Source: Tricharina praecox
Lineage: Eukaryota
Length of the DNA: 64,000 nt
Assembly (NCBI RefSeq): GCF_024521635.1
Contig: NW_026250423.1
Span: 124,001 to 188,000 of the forward strand
Direction: 5' to 3'
The first letter of the stretch is position 1, and each line of letters opens with the position of its first letter. The position numbers and the translations under genes are program-made. Positions 61,904-64,000 of the stretch are shown here, in pieces. The notes under the pieces were generated by a model, which searched no databases, was not told where the DNA came from, and was given only the letters and a program-made list of their open reading frames with translations.

Positions 61904-64000
61904 TCAATCGATAACGACATGCGCGAACCCCTTCCTCATGACTGCAGTGTCCTCCTCACTATCGGTGATATGATCATCGACCGTGACAACAACCTTCGCC
62001 CTCTTCCTCTGCCGCGCCGGCTCACGACTGTCCGGCTGGAATCCGGACGGAAACGCCGAGGAGGAGGGCGTGTCGCCTGCAAACTGTAGCTCTCTGGCGT
62101 CGAGCGAGGTCAGTACGCGGCGCTTTCTGCATGGGGGGTCCGGTTGCAGCGGAAGCGATGCGGACCGGTCACCGATACTGGTAGCACCAATATCACCCGT
62201 TGCGGAACGCGAGTTCGGCTGAGACGACGGAAGGCGTGTGCGGAAGCCAGACGGTGAAGATGGAGGCGGCGGCTCCGAGTGTGGATTGTGGCGTTGTGGG
62301 GACGATTGCTGCGATGGTCGGGGTGATGTAGGGGCCGGCGAGCTCCCCGGGGTGTCTAAGTCCACCACATTTCGCAAGTGTCCTGGTGACGGCGATGAAG
62401 ATGAGGTGCATGAATACGGGGTCCGGAAAGAGCGCGAAGACTGTTGTAGCGGCTTCTCGGCGGGTCGCTCGCCCGTAACCTCAACATCCGAATCAACCCA
62501 TTCGTCTATGTCGATAAACTGCGGTGGCGGTGGTACACTTTCGCGTGAAGGGGTTTTAGCAGGCGTTCTACCGGTAATCGGAAGCTCCGAGTCTGAAGAA
62601 TCCCATTCGTCTATATCAATGAATTGGGGCGCTGCCGTCTCAAATAGAGGGTTTTCAGTACCCCACATATCCATAAAAGAATCCGTATCCGAGTCATCCA
62701 GTTCGTCGATATCGATAAACTGAGACAGTGGAGGGGTTTCACTGCTCTCCTCGGCATCCTTCCTATCCGATTCCTCCAGTACCCTCAAAACCTCACGCAT
62801 CAGGATCTTCCCCATGCGCGGTGGCACAGCATTCCCAATCTGTCGCTTCACGTTGGTCGTCCCGCCAACGAAATCGTAATTCTCCGGGAAAGTCTGGATG
62901 CATGCAATCTCGCGCAACGTAAATCGGCGGAGACCAGAGGGGTGGACTCCATTGTGGTTCCCGCCAGCCATGATCGTGCGCATGAATGGTAGATTCATTA
63001 CATTCTTGGTGTCTAGTCGCATGTTGTCGGGAAACCGCAAGGCCGGGTCGTTTGGGTTGTGAGCACTGATGCCAGGTTGAAGATTGCCTATGGCATCCCC
63101 AAGTGTGCGAGCGGGCTTCAGTCGGGTAGGCTCTGGTGGCGGCTTTGGGTACCAATGTGTCGGTTCGGGAAATTTGGGCGGTTGTTCCCCTGGACTGCGA
63201 GTTTGTTAGAATTGTAACAGCAGAAATCGAATACAAAAACTTACCAAGAAGCCATGATAATCAGCCGCTGCCTGGTCTGGGGGACGCCATATTTTACACA
63301 TGGCAAAATACTCCACCGGACGGAATATCCTGCCGACGTGAACTGATTGATTACAGCCCTGAACCACACCGGCCTGTGTGTCAATCCGAAGGTCTGCTCC
63401 AGTGTTGCAAACCGAGGCTTGACCTTCTTCAAGCAGTCACAGATGCAGAGCGAAGATGCTTCATTATCTTCATCGAACTGTCCAGGTGTCGTGTGGGCTG
63501 GTGAATGTGGCTGGCAAGGAGGGGACAGGTGCATGACATCCACATGGTAGTCCCCGGGTAGAGCGATGAACTGATCCGCCGAGAGATGGAATGCCTGAGC
63601 TTCGGGATATCGCTTTCTAAATGTCGCGATTGCATCCGTATCATGGTCGAACCCCCACGAATTGATGAATTTCGCCTGACTGGCGCCGCAAGACATGCCA
63701 CCGGCTCCGCAAAAGGCGTCCCCGAATGTGTACTTGTAATCCTTTTGTTGCTCTTCGGAATCGTTCGACGAACACTCCCTGGTAGTAACGTAAGGTTTCT
63801 TCAAGATACGTTCCCGAACCCGGAACATGGCGTCCGCCTCATCTTCCCTCAGCCGGCGGATTAGGCCAGTACCCCCGGGTTTCCGATTCTCGGGGCGTAC
63901 GTGGAGCGAGGTCGTGCCGTTAGTTTCCATATACCATCTGCAAACCAATCTACCAAGCTGCTCGGTCAAGCGGTCGCTACCCACGCGAAGTCTGTGGTTC
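61904..64000 (-). CDS. rid: RID/Masc1-family C5 cytosine methyltransferase (5' end outside the window); intron 63195-63244
   Basis: Motif I DAFCGAGG, IV SPPCQ, VI EQT (RID/Masc1-type instead of ENV), VIII QTRQR, IX RRFTLRE..QTFP, X IGNAVPP; splice gives ASCPGEQPPKFPEPTH. Confidence 0.93.

Noticed and set aside
1..64000. CRISPR arrays, rRNA, intact transposons, recent bacterial HGT of the amine cluster
   Set aside because: No repeat-spacer arrays, rRNA or transposase/RT motifs seen; cluster genes have typical fungal introns, so any transfer would be ancient.

Overview
Eukaryotic, intron-containing DNA from a filamentous ascomycete (inferred from short GT-AG introns with CTRAC branch sites, a Zn2Cys6 factor and a RID/Masc1 gene; Pezizomycetes is a guess). 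About 22 protein-coding genes can be assembled by eye. 1-6 kb is lineage-specific: a decaying tandem family of acidic small-protein genes, one ending in a CaaX box, plus an F-box/ankyrin gene. A conserved core follows: PAN6, eIF2B-alpha, DDB1, ATG18, a TYW4-JmjC fusion, DUF3140, NECAP, a class I GATase-like gene, Clr2, 3-hydroxyisobutyrate dehydrogenase, a Bqt4-like gene, Rho-GDI and 2-methylcitrate dehydratase. The most interesting element (44.2-52.9 kb) is a compact set of an SDR divergently paired with a non-canonical glutamine-synthetase-like ligase, an EutQ-like cupin and a Zn2Cys6 regulator. It resembles the actinobacterial GlnA4 gamma-glutamylation route for ethanolamine/amine catabolism; this function is inferred, not shown. 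The window ends in a RID/Masc1 C5-methyltransferase whose tail carries tandem SUMO-interacting-motif-like repeats. Exon boundaries were read by hand and family calls rest on remembered motifs; no searches were run.
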